Position numbers and translations under genes: made by a program. DNA of 33,993 nt, taken from positions 15,657-49,649 of the forward strand of contig NMRA01001143.1 of the NCBI GenBank assembly GCA_002633005.1, read 5' to 3'. Numbering within the stretch: the first letter of the stretch is position 1; each line of letters begins with the position of its first letter. Source of the stretch: Phoronis australis (taxonomy: Eukaryota; Animalia; Phoronida). Positions 24,427 to 33,993 of the stretch are shown piece after piece. A model generated the notes under the pieces. The model made no database searches. It saw nothing but the letters and a program-made list of their open reading frames with translations, and had not been told where the DNA came from.

Positions 24427-24761
24427 CTGGGGATAATAGTTTGCCATATTAGCACAGTGTTGATAAGTCAAATGTAGGCACCGACATCTGGGGATAATAG
24501 TTTGCCATATTAGCACAGTGTTGATAAGTCAAATGTAGGCACCGACATCTGGGGATAATAGTTTGCCATATTAGCACAGTGTTGATAAGTCAAATGTAGG
24601 CACCGACATCTGGGGATAATAGTTTGCCATATTAGCACAGTGTTGATAAGTCAAATGTAGGCACCGACATCTGGGGATAATAGTTTGCCATATTAGCACA
24701 GTGTTGATAAGTCAAATGTAGGCACCGACATCTGGGGATAATAGTTTGCCATATTAGCACA
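24406..24761. repeat. 61-bp tandem repeat (at least 5.8 copies) spanning an HGS intron/exon junction
   Basis: Unit starts at 24406, 24467, 24528, 24589, 24650, 24711; runs into the gap. Confidence 0.97.
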
Positions 24762-25411
24762 NNNNNNNNNNNNNNNNNNNNNNNNNNNNNNNNNNNNNNN
24801 NNNNNNNNNNNNNNNNNNNNNNNNNNNNNNNNNNNNNNNNNNNNNNNNNNNNNNNNNNNNNNNNNNNNNNNNNNNNNNNNNNNNNNNNNNNNNNNNNNNN
24901 NNNNNNNNNNNNNNNNNNNNNNNNNNNNNNNNNNNNNNNNNNNNNNNNNNNNNNNNNNNNNNNNNNNNNNNNNNNNNNNNNNNNNNNNNNNNNNNNNNNN
25001 NNNNNNNNNNNNNNNNNNNNNNNNNNNNNNNNNNNNNNNNNNNNNNNNNNNNNNNNNNNNNNNNNNNNNNNNNNNNNNNNNNNNNNNNNNNNNNNNNNNN
25101 NNNNNNNNNNNNNNNNNNNNNNNNNNNNNNNNNNNNNNNNNNNNNNNNNNNNNNNNNNNNNNNNNNNNNNNNNNNNNNNNNNNNNNNNNNNNNNNNNNNN
25201 NNNNNNNNNNNNNNNNNNNNNNNNNNNNNNNNNNNNNNNNNNNNNNNNNNNNNNNNNNNNNNNNNNNNNNNNNNNNNNNNNNNNNNNNNNNNNNNNNNNN
25301 NNNNNNNNNNNNNNNNNNNNNNNNNNNNNNNNNNNNNNNNNNNNNNNNNNNNNNNNNNNNNNNNNNNNNNNNNNNNNNNNNNNNNNNNNNNNNNNNNNNN
25401 NNNNNNNNNNN

Positions 25412-25631
25412 ACATGTGTTGTGATGGCTCAGATACAGACATATGTTGTGATGGCTCAGATACAGACATATGTTGTGATGGCTCAGATACAGACATATGT
25501 TGTGATGGCTCAGATACAAACATGTGTTGTGATGGCTCAGATACAAACATGTGTTGTGATGGCTCAGATACAAACATGTGTTGTGATGGCTCAGATACAA
25601 ACATGTGTTGTGATGGCTCAGATACAGACAT
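25412..25631. repeat. 27-bp minisatellite (at least 8 copies)
   Basis: Unit ACAT(G/A)TGTTGTGATGGCTCAGATACA(G/A); emerges from the gap. Confidence 0.97.
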
Positions 25632-25836
25632 TGGAAAATATTCTGAGGAACTTAAGAGCATGTCTTTGCTCACCAAAGGAGTAATTTCAATTGATCAATA
25701 AAATAGCCTGATCAGTTCACATTGTAGTTGACATGCTCACGCACACTAACTAAATGATGACTTAATAAAGTTATGGCTGCTTCAATGTACAACAAAATAA
25801 TGGAAAAACAAACTACAGAATTTCTAGGCAACTTAC

Positions 25837-25845
25837 CTTTTGCTT
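25837..25845 (-). CDS. HGS: Candidate 9-nt HGS microexon (KQK)
   Basis: Long pyrimidine-rich tract ...CTCTGCTTACTTTGATCAG|AAGCAAAAG|GTAAGT; phase 0->0. Confidence 0.7.
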
Positions 25846-26481
25846 CTGATCAAAGTAAGCAGAGAACAGTATAAGAATTAAAGAGAACAAAGCACTTGGT
25901 ACAGAATTCACTTACTGGTAAATATTAAAGGACTGTTCACAATTATCCTCATTTCTGCAATTGTACAAAATGTACATTTTAGTGAAACCCCTTTCTCCCA
26001 CAAACTGTACAAAAAGTTGATCAATTCTGAGATACAAAAGGTAGTGAATAGATGAGTTATCTGTCGTGTATTTTTTGTTTCATCTTAAATGTTGAAGCTG
26101 TTGTTTCGTCATATTTTAACATTGTGAAAAAGTATTGCACTTGATCGTTTTGCATCACCACGTTTATAATGCCAAAACGATACACTAACTGCAAGCCGTA
26201 ACCTTTCCCCTCCCTGAAACGTTTATTTTGTACATTTGTGCAAATGGACATAACCGTGAACAGTCTCAAAAAAATGTTAGAGATAAAAATGCATAATATT
26301 TTCCATTAATATAAACTCACCATCTATCCAAGAATGATTCAAACTATATATACATATACATATACATACATATATTATTGTAAAACTGGTCTCAAATTGC
26401 TCCTCACTCAAATTATAAGGCTTCTAGGTTCGGAAAGAACATTTCATAGTTGCCCAAGAGCATGCTTAGTGAATGAATGCC

Positions 26482-26787
26482 AGGTCAAGCCACCAATTGA
26501 GCCGCTAGGTCAAGCCAACAACTGAGCCGCTAGGTCAAGCCAACAACTGAGCCGCTAGGTCAAGCCAACAAATGAGCCCGTAGATCAAGCCAACAACTGA
26601 GCCGCTAGGTCAAGACAACAATTGAGCCGCGAGGTCAAGCCAACAACTGAGCCGCGAGGTCAAGACAACNCAAGCCACCAACTGAGCCGCTAGGTCAAGA
26701 CAACAACTGAGCCGCTAGGTCAAGCCAACAACTGAGCCGCTAGGTAAAGCCAACAACTGAGCCCCAAGGTCAAGCCAAAAACTGAGC
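26482..26787. repeat. 25-bp minisatellite (~12 copies)
   Basis: Unit AGGTCAAGCCAACAACTGAGCCGCT with variants. Confidence 0.95.
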
Positions 26788-26983
26788 CTGGTCTCAAAAA
26801 AAATTTGGTGCAAGTTCTATCTAAGCCCAGACATCAGTTCTAAGCAAGGTGAGAAGTAATTTGAGACAACTTTAATAACTGTAAGTGGTTTTGGCCAAAA
26901 GTTAGATTGAAATAATCTTTTGTTAAGTTTAATCAAACCTCAGTAGGAATTAAAAAGTTGAACAAACTTGTGCTAACACTTAC

Positions 26984-27082
26984 GTCCTTAGCCTTGGATT
27001 CAGCTTCACTTTGTGACAAAGCCAGCGCTAACTGAAGTTCCTCTTCCTCTTGTATTTCCTGTTCAGTCTTGGTTGGGGGTGT
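26984..27082 (-). CDS. HGS: HGS UIM exon
   Basis: EQEIQEEEELQLALALSQSEAE. Confidence 0.96.
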
Positions 27083-27496
27083 CTGAAGAAATAAAGCCTT
27101 ACTTTCAGCTTAGCTTACACCACTACAGGTTAAGTTTCATGCTCTGCATTTATACTATTGGTTCATTTGTAGTGGTGTGTAGCGCAAACACAAATATACT
27201 TTGAACAAATATTCGTGGAAGGACTGGCTTTTTCAGTATGTCTCAGTGTAAATTGTTTATCAATGCAACTGACTATGAAATAAGCGTTTAACTAAAATAT
27301 TACAACTGCAACATGACAAAAGATTTATGCAATTACTATAAAAACAAAATATCTTTGCAATGCGAACAAGTGCACCCCAACTACAAAAAGTGGAAAAACA
27401 AACTATTTTACTCAACTACCTATTCCAGAGTGAGGGAAACAAAAACTATTTTGATGACCTTAGATGTCCTTCTTTCACTGTCATTAGACGTCTTAC

Positions 27497-27581
27497 CTGA
27501 GGCTGCTTGGACAAAGGGCTAGCCAGGTATTCTGCAGGCAGATCACTCTCAGGCTTGGAACTATTAGCAGCTGCAGAGCTA
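27497..27581 (-). CDS. HGS: HGS exon
   Basis: SDLPAEYLASPLSKQPQ; phases 2->0. Confidence 0.95.
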
Positions 27582-28031
27582 CTGTAAAGTATAACATTTA
27601 GCATGTAATAACACTGTCACAAGTTGAGATTCGAAATTGATCTAAACTAACCGTTAAATAGAACGGACTGAATTTATGAGCACAAAGTAATTCATTTTCA
27701 TAGAGATTAAGTTAACAATTTTTGAGAATTAAATTCAGAAATAAGAATAATTTCAGTGTTATTTTGTCAAAATTCTAAACCAAAAACCATAAAATTACTT
27801 CAATATTAACATGACGTGTATAGGATCAATGTGGCCTACTGACTCACAATGAAATTTGGAGTACATTAGAACAAATTTAGCCAGCTTTTCAAAACAGAAA
27901 TCTGACATTATTTCAGCACAAAATTCAAGGTTTTAATTACAATAATTAAGCTAAATTTCGAAAAGGTAAAAAGACTTTAAAAAAAATCAACTAGCTTGTA
28001 CAAAAAATCACTTTAGTTGGTTTTCACTTAC

Positions 28032-28156
28032 GGGTTGAGTACATCAAAACATGAATCACAGACTCTGACCTCTCTCTCTATACCAAACTTGGGTATGATG
28101 GACGCTTTGGATGAGCATTTATTACAGAACACCTCCCCACAGCAACGACAATGGTG
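28032..28156 (-). CDS. HGS: HGS FYVE exon 2
   Basis: [17 protein letters not shown]...VRVCDSCF. Confidence 0.97.
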
Positions 28157-28623
28157 CTGTAATACAAGGTATTGTATAAGCATATTACGGACAATGACAA
28201 CAATAAATTATTCAACAACAAAAACTTTAAAATGTGAGTCCATGCAAAATGGCAACTGAATTTTGTGACCACTTGAAGATGACAACAACCACTGAAATAT
28301 TTTGTGGATTAGGAATTCCTCGCATGTCATGAAAATACAGTGCTAGAAGAACAGTGCTAGAAGAAACCCTAATGGGTTGTTAAAATTTTAAGCAGTGCAT
28401 AGTCAATTAAGAATTAAAAACCACATTAAACAATTAATTTCCCTATTTTAAGATATTTCATGATAATTTCTACAACAAAAGGTTTACATATATATAACCA
28501 TTTGGCTCTCTCTAAATATATTTGAGAGCAACAACACGACATCTTTGACCATCTTTACACGATGTTCAATCAGATGTTGATGCACTAACAAGACTAACAA
28601 TTACTAAAGCCACAACATTATAC

Positions 28624-28745
28624 CTTCCTTGTAAATGTGCCAAACTCCACTCTACACTTGAAGCAGTGGTCACCATCATGCCACTCGGGAGCAGACTCAG
28701 AGGAAAACATGGCATCCGCCTCTTTCAAAACTGGGAACTGATAAC
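28624..28745 (-). CDS. HGS: HGS FYVE exon 1
   Basis: YQFPVLKEADAMF...APEWHDGDHCFKCRVEFGTFTRK. Confidence 0.97.
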
Positions 28746-28837
28746 CTAGGTAACAAAGGTAATAAATTAAGTTAAGTCCACAGGGTACTCTTCTTTCCAC
28801 TTCATTCATCATCAAAATAAAAGGGCACAGGCTGATC

Positions 28838-29090
28838 CAGGGCCCAGGGTCTAATTTTGTCACTCGAAAACGAAATCAAACTTTGAAATTTTGAAATTAT
28901 ACTAAACAGTTTGTAGCACGAATACAGGTGTCATCAAGTGCAAACTTGAACTAGAAATTCGTATGCATTGACCACAGTGTACTCCAGCACAGACTGTTAG
29001 ACACATATCTTGAGTTCAAACTAACGTTGAACCGAAAATGAAAAAAAATTTTGAGTTCGATTTGAAATACAAATATTGGACCCGGCCCTA
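28838..29090. mobile_element. hAT-like MITE candidate
   Basis: CAGGGCCCAGGGTCTAAT... / ...ATTGGACCCGGCCCTA imperfect TIRs; no immediate 8-bp TSD. Confidence 0.55.
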
Positions 29091-29339
29091 AGATGTCTTC
29101 AATGTTAATATAGTTTGTATAGGATCACTGTGGCCAAATAACTCGAGATAAAATTTTGAGTACATTAAGTACAACTGTAGTCAGCCAGGCTGATCCCTGA
29201 TTTCTTCAGGGGTTTTGGTGATCAGATTCACTGACTCTACAACAAGAGTATTTACTTCTGCACAGACTGGTACAACAAAAACATCCCTAGTAGTAAAATG
29301 TTAAGTAGCACTATTTGAACAATTATCAAAAATACAAAC

Positions 29340-29460
29340 CTTCCATCTTCATCAAATGAAACGTGTCTTGAATAATCTTGTATTTAGGCTCGTTGCGAAA
29401 GGCATGAGACCAGACCTGCACCAACTCCAGTACTTTTGCCTTAACAGGATCTGAAGGTAC
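29340..29460 (-). CDS. HGS: HGS VHS exon
   Basis: VKAKVLELVQVWSHAFRNEPKYK. Confidence 0.96.
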
Positions 29461-29863
29461 CTAAAAGTACACAACGTAACATACAGACTTTTCAGCTGTC
29501 ACTACTATAAGCTAACATCACCAGAAATAGCCTAGGACATGAAAATGAAATGACCATTAACAAAAAAGAGGAAAATTTTACAGGAGATGTATCGTTCTGC
29601 AAATAAATAGGCTTGTGTGATAGAAATATTTTCTGTGTTGTAAAATTTAACTAAAAAAGTGTTTTTGGATGAATAAAGTAAAAAAAAAATAATTAAAAAG
29701 AGACCAAAAAGAGGAAATCTGCTTAAAAGAGGAAAATTCCAAGACCTGATAACAGTTACATAAACAAAATTGCTAAAACAACAATCAATCCACCTTAAAT
29801 TCATGATTTTAGATAATTTAAATCTCACCAACATGTCTCCTAATTTTGTTCATGCACACCTAG

Positions 29864-29966
29864 CAACTACTTTTAACAATATGTGTACTCTCAACACCAA
29901 ACATCCCACATACAACTACTTTTAACAATATGTGTACTCTCAACACCAAACATCCCACATACAACT
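29864..29966. repeat. 49-bp perfect tandem duplication
   Basis: CAACTACTTTTAACAATATGTGTACTCTCAACACCAAACATCCCACATA at 29864 and 29913. Confidence 0.95.
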
Positions 29967-30348
29967 CTGTTATTACGAAAACATGAAAACTAGTTTCACT
30001 AAACCCAATTTCAAATTCTAGTGTAAGAGACAGAAAAAGTTTACACACACTACATTCAATTTCATTCGTGAACATTTTGTGACTTCGATGGATAAACCAA
30101 TTTAATATACTGAAGAAAAAAAAGATAATTTTACGATGAGGTGATTGCAAAGAACTTACCAAAATGTGTAATCCCATAACCATAAATCTTAATCCAAGTC
30201 ACAGGTGAATTGTAGGCAGGAGAGATATTGAGATAATCTCATTTCATTATGTTACCACTATATTGGGAAACAGATTTTAATGTAGAATACATTTCCAACA
30301 CAACTTTATCACAGAAACTGGATAAAGACCTAAAACATTTTCTACAAC

Positions 30349-30441
30349 CTTGGCCATGTCTTTGAAGAACTCCATAAACTCCTTAGTGGCAACTTCAGTG
30401 TGTACACACGACCCACAGTTCTTCATTACAGATTCCAGGAC
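30349..30441 (-). CDS. HGS: HGS VHS exon
   Basis: VLESVMKNCGSCVHTEVATKEFME. Confidence 0.96.
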
Positions 30442-30808
30442 CTAAAGAAAATAATGACAGGTGGGTATCAACATGGGGCACATCAGCATGGTTGTTTAAT
30501 ATTAACAATAACAAACCATAGCAAGTGGTGTTATCATGTAACAATTGTACATGATGTATAAATCATGCGTGTATCCAATAAAATTTAATCTGTTGACCTA
30601 ACCATTAATAACTCCCAGAGCTTGTGATCCTGCAACCAGTTTCAACCAGAACAGATAGACTAATGATGAACATTTTCTGGCCTAAAACTGATGGTGTTAT
30701 TAGTCATCAGCACAACGGTTATTAGCATTTTAATGGAAACAAATACAAAATACATCTAGTCACAGTACAGAAACACTTTGCTAGAGACCTAATAATCTAG
30801 CACTATAC

Positions 30809-30884
30809 CTGCAAAGCATACATGGACACTCTGGGGTTGTCACTGGTGATTTTCTTTTTTATCGCATCTACAGCATACTTCCCT
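30809..30884 (-). CDS. HGS: HGS VHS exon
   Basis: GKYAVDAIKKKITSDNPRVSMYALQ. Confidence 0.96.
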
Positions 30885-31395
30885 CTAAAAACCAAAAGAA
30901 ATGAAGATAACAGGAAAAGCAGCAGCTGGTTATACCTCTCACAATTAACAGCCTTTGACAAAGGGAAAATTACCAGGTCAACAACATCGACCTCCAAAAG
31001 AGCCCAGGTCGAAACTTGAACTTTCAGGTCGAAACTTGAAATTTCGGGTCAAACCTAGGATTTCCAGGTTGAAATAGTTCCTGGAATCTAAAGGAGCTGT
31101 TTTTGAAACTCAGTTTCTTAGACGAAATTTTGCTTTTATTTTATTGCTTTGAATATTTGTGATTAGTTAAACCGAGTTAAATTCACTCTGGTATATCCAG
31201 ATTCAATTTCTAAATGAATGGCCATCACACTGAAACCCAGGCAGGCAAGTGTCGTCACCAACTTGCCGGCTCACATTCAAAAATAATTTTCTATAATGTT
31301 TACATTAAGTATCTCACTACACATTTATGTGACTTGTTCGCTGCTAAGAACACAAAATTGATTCTTGTTTATTCCTAGGTTCTGGATCTGATTGA

Positions 31396-31801
31396 AAACC
31401 AGGACCAAGGAACATCTAAATTCTGACAGAAATTCACATGTAAATATTCACCTACAGAGCTCCAATCATTGTTATCAGCAGTGCTCTTTCAACAACTTTG
31501 CAATAATAGACCAGGCAGTAACAACAAAGGAGCTTAAAATTCATGGGGCTTTACACATCAGTTGGTGCAAGCCCAATCTCAATAGGCAACTGACACACCA
31601 GAGGTTGTCATTGTTGGTCTAGTTCATTGTCATTCCCTGTAACTGACTGTATCTGTGCTTCATTACTTGTTGCTAGGTCTAGCTAGGAGGCCACTATATT
31701 ATCACTTCTGAGGATGGTGTTTAATAAATGACACCGAAACACGTCAAGACTTAAAACCCTTGTTGTTTTCTTGAATATATGTTGCTACTTGCTATCATGG
31801 A
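31396..31801 (+). mobile_element. 5'-truncated Penelope-like retroelement (GIY-YIG C-terminus and 3' UTR)
   Basis: TR.KEH...SHV..H...F.IID....EL.I..ALHI...KPNLNRQ; followed by a hammerhead motif; flanked by the 11-bp direct repeat GATCTGATTGA (31385, 31802). Confidence 0.9.
31705..31748 (+). ncRNA. Minimal type I hammerhead ribozyme
   Basis: CTT-CTGAGGA-T-GGTGTT(taataaat)GACACC-GAAAC-AC-GTC-AAG: core boxes, 6-bp stem II, short stem III, GUC site, stem I CTT/AAG. Confidence 0.8.
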
Positions 31802-32641
31802 GATCTGATTGATATAATGGCAGGGTCAAATGACACAGAATATGGAAAAAAGGTCACCTAGGTCACATGAAGAAGTACAAATATTTTAAGTTACGATTGT
31901 GTGATTACAGTTTATTCGCTACTAAACTTTCCAGTGACCAACTGACCCTATCAAACATCCCCTCCAGCGTCCACAACCACTTGTGATTTTGGATATACTT
32001 CACCAAAAATTTCAAAATCAATCTCATATCAGAATCACCGTCCAACAATTTTTTTTTAAATTTCCTTCGACTTTTTTACATGAATTACACACAATGCAGA
32101 AAGATTACACTTAAAATAAAAGTTAACTTTCGTTCTTAATTACAGCGTAATCGTTCGTTAGAAATTGGTAAATCAGAAATAAATATGATGAGTCACCGAG
32201 CCAGTCCTTATTGCCTCCTTCAAATAACTAAGATAAATGGACACACGATGGAACAGCAGATTCTGTTATTTATTATACATGCATTGTTTCTAGGAATAAT
32301 TATCTACTGATCATAAAATCATCAGAAACCTTATTGGATTATCACTGTTCCGAAATTTTCCAACGCATCGTCCAATACATGACACTCAATTCAAAATTGG
32401 AAGCTTTGCACCATTTCAATACAGTAAGCCGTTCACATTTCCTGGGTTGAAAAATTACTTAAAAGCTAGGTCGATTTAGTTCAACTTCAGGTCAACTTAT
32501 GTCAACTTGTACAATTTTCCAGGTCAAAAATTGCAAAATTTAGTCAAAATTCCCGCCCCTGCGGTTGTTCAGTCAAACCCTGGTTAAATACAAAACATCT
32601 GCAGCACACAATTACACAAAAACGTTTTTCTCTTCTGACAG

Positions 32642-32816
32642 TTAATTATGATGACTAGGTCCAAGACAATTTAATTATGATGACTAGGTCCAAGACAATT
32701 TAATTATGATGACTAGGTCCAAGACAATTTAATTATGATGACTAGGTCCAAGACAATTTAATTATGATGACTAGGTCCAAGACAATTTAATTATGATGAC
32801 TAGGTCCAAGACAATT
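32642..32816. repeat. 29-bp minisatellite (6 identical copies)
   Basis: Unit TTAATTATGATGACTAGGTCCAAGACAAT. Confidence 0.97.
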
Positions 32817-33019
32817 AAATTTACAACACTGAAGTTCAATTGGGTGCAGTAAATGCAATGAAATATATAGTATATCGAACTGATTTTACTTATGTTTGAA
32901 GAGAGTTGTGCAATTTATAGTTAGATTTAAAAAGCAATGTCACCTCAATTTTCCAGTGACTTATTATTAAAAGCCAAATGTAACAGACAATATCATCAAC
33001 ATCCGAATGACTAACATCT

Positions 33020-33283
33020 CTTTATTTATTTCATCTCTTTATTTATTTCATCTCTCTAAGTTAAATTTTCACCATTCTTCATCATTTATTTATTGTCTTA
33101 ATTCTCAACCTGTGTTAATTGTATCTTTGATACATATATTTAATTGTTGTTTTATTACTTCATTGTATCATATTACTGCTTTTTGTTGTTGAGGGCCCTC
33201 TTGGAAGGCAGTGCTATCACTGAAGAGGCCACCCTTATTTTAAATAACACCATGAATAAATAATAAATAAATAAATAAACAAA
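33020..33283 (+). mobile_element. LINE (L2/CR1-group) 3' tail
   Basis: T-rich UTR, stem-loop AGGG..CTCTT..CAGTG..CACTG.AAGAG..CCCT, then (TAAA)n tail. Confidence 0.7.
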
Positions 33284-33394
33284 CAGAAACACTGCTGAAG
33301 TTATCCAAACTGAGGCACATTGAGTCCAAGGTTAAACAAGTGGCATGACAGCACAAGGTTCGTAAATGTGACCAAAACACTTTTCAAAACATAC

Positions 33395-33479
33395 TTGGTA
33401 TCCCCACCACGAATAGCATCACATATGGCCAAGATAGCATCCCAGTCAGGCTCCAAAAGCAGTTGACTTGTACCCTTTT
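33395..33479 (-). CDS. HGS: HGS VHS exon (first visible; start exon outside window)
   Basis: KGTSQLLLEPDWDAILAICDAIRGGDT; phases 1->2. Confidence 0.96.
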
Positions 33480-33993
33480 CTAAAACAAACAGAACAAACA
33501 ACAATTTAACTCAATACTACAACGAGCTCTCAACTGTAACCTTCTTGCATACTGGTACAAGAATATGTAAATGGCTTCTATTGGTAGCACACAAGCTCAA
33601 CAGTGAATCAGTTCAATGATCATAATAACAGCAAGTTACTGATTGACCAACACAGACAATCAAGGAAGAACATAGGAAATTTGTATCACTAACCATTCAC
33701 TCTGGTAGAGAAGACTAACTGGTGTTAGTCGAATAGCAGCTTAGACCAAATAACATAGTAGCACTGAGACAGTCGTAAATGAAGGAATACAGTCCTAAAA
33801 CAGGGGTATTCTAGGAGCGACTACCAGGAAGTCCCAGGGTGTATAATTGGATAAATAATATTTTTTACCTCCCAATACCCCCAATAAAAGTCAATTTCTG
33901 TTTTTCTCAATAAGTAGTTGTGATAAGGAGTGGAAACCTGAAATTGTGGTTTGTTGAGTAGAGCAAGTAGGTTATGGGTGAGTAGAGCAAGTA

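Noticed and set aside
25414-25701. Cys-rich (CCDGSDT)n ORF as a metallothionein-like or antifreeze-like protein
   Set aside because: Translation of a 27-bp minisatellite that is open in several frames, antisense within an HGS intron.
24406-26787. Regular repeat arrays as CRISPR
   Set aside because: Head-to-tail units without unique spacers, no cas genes, eukaryotic intron context.

Overview
AT-rich eukaryotic, probably invertebrate metazoan, genomic DNA with three large assembly gaps. No prokaryotic features are present. Two convergent spliced genes could be rebuilt exon by exon with consistent splice phases. METTL26 (UPF0585/C16orf13 methyltransferase-like) lies on + at 11023-14958 with 7 coding exons, one GC-AG intron and no ATG at the usual start. 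HGS/Hrs (ESCRT-0: VHS, FYVE, UIM, coiled coil, P/Q-rich tail, C-terminal LISFD clathrin box) lies on - at 18784-33479 with 16 visible exons; its start exon is beyond the window. The rest is transposon-derived: a decayed APE-type LINE carrying a 2A-like DxxxNPGP motif and split by a CAC...GTG DNA element, a Penelope fragment with a minimal hammerhead ribozyme, TA- and TTAA-type MITEs, LINE 3' tails and several minisatellites. The most unusual observations are a 61-bp tandem array that multiplies a complete HGS 3' splice site (each extra copy leads to a stop codon), a 9-nt HGS microexon, and a 590-bp 'duplication' that looks like two haplotypes with different TE insertions. I see no clear wholly new system; the splice-acceptor array is the best candidate but abuts a gap.
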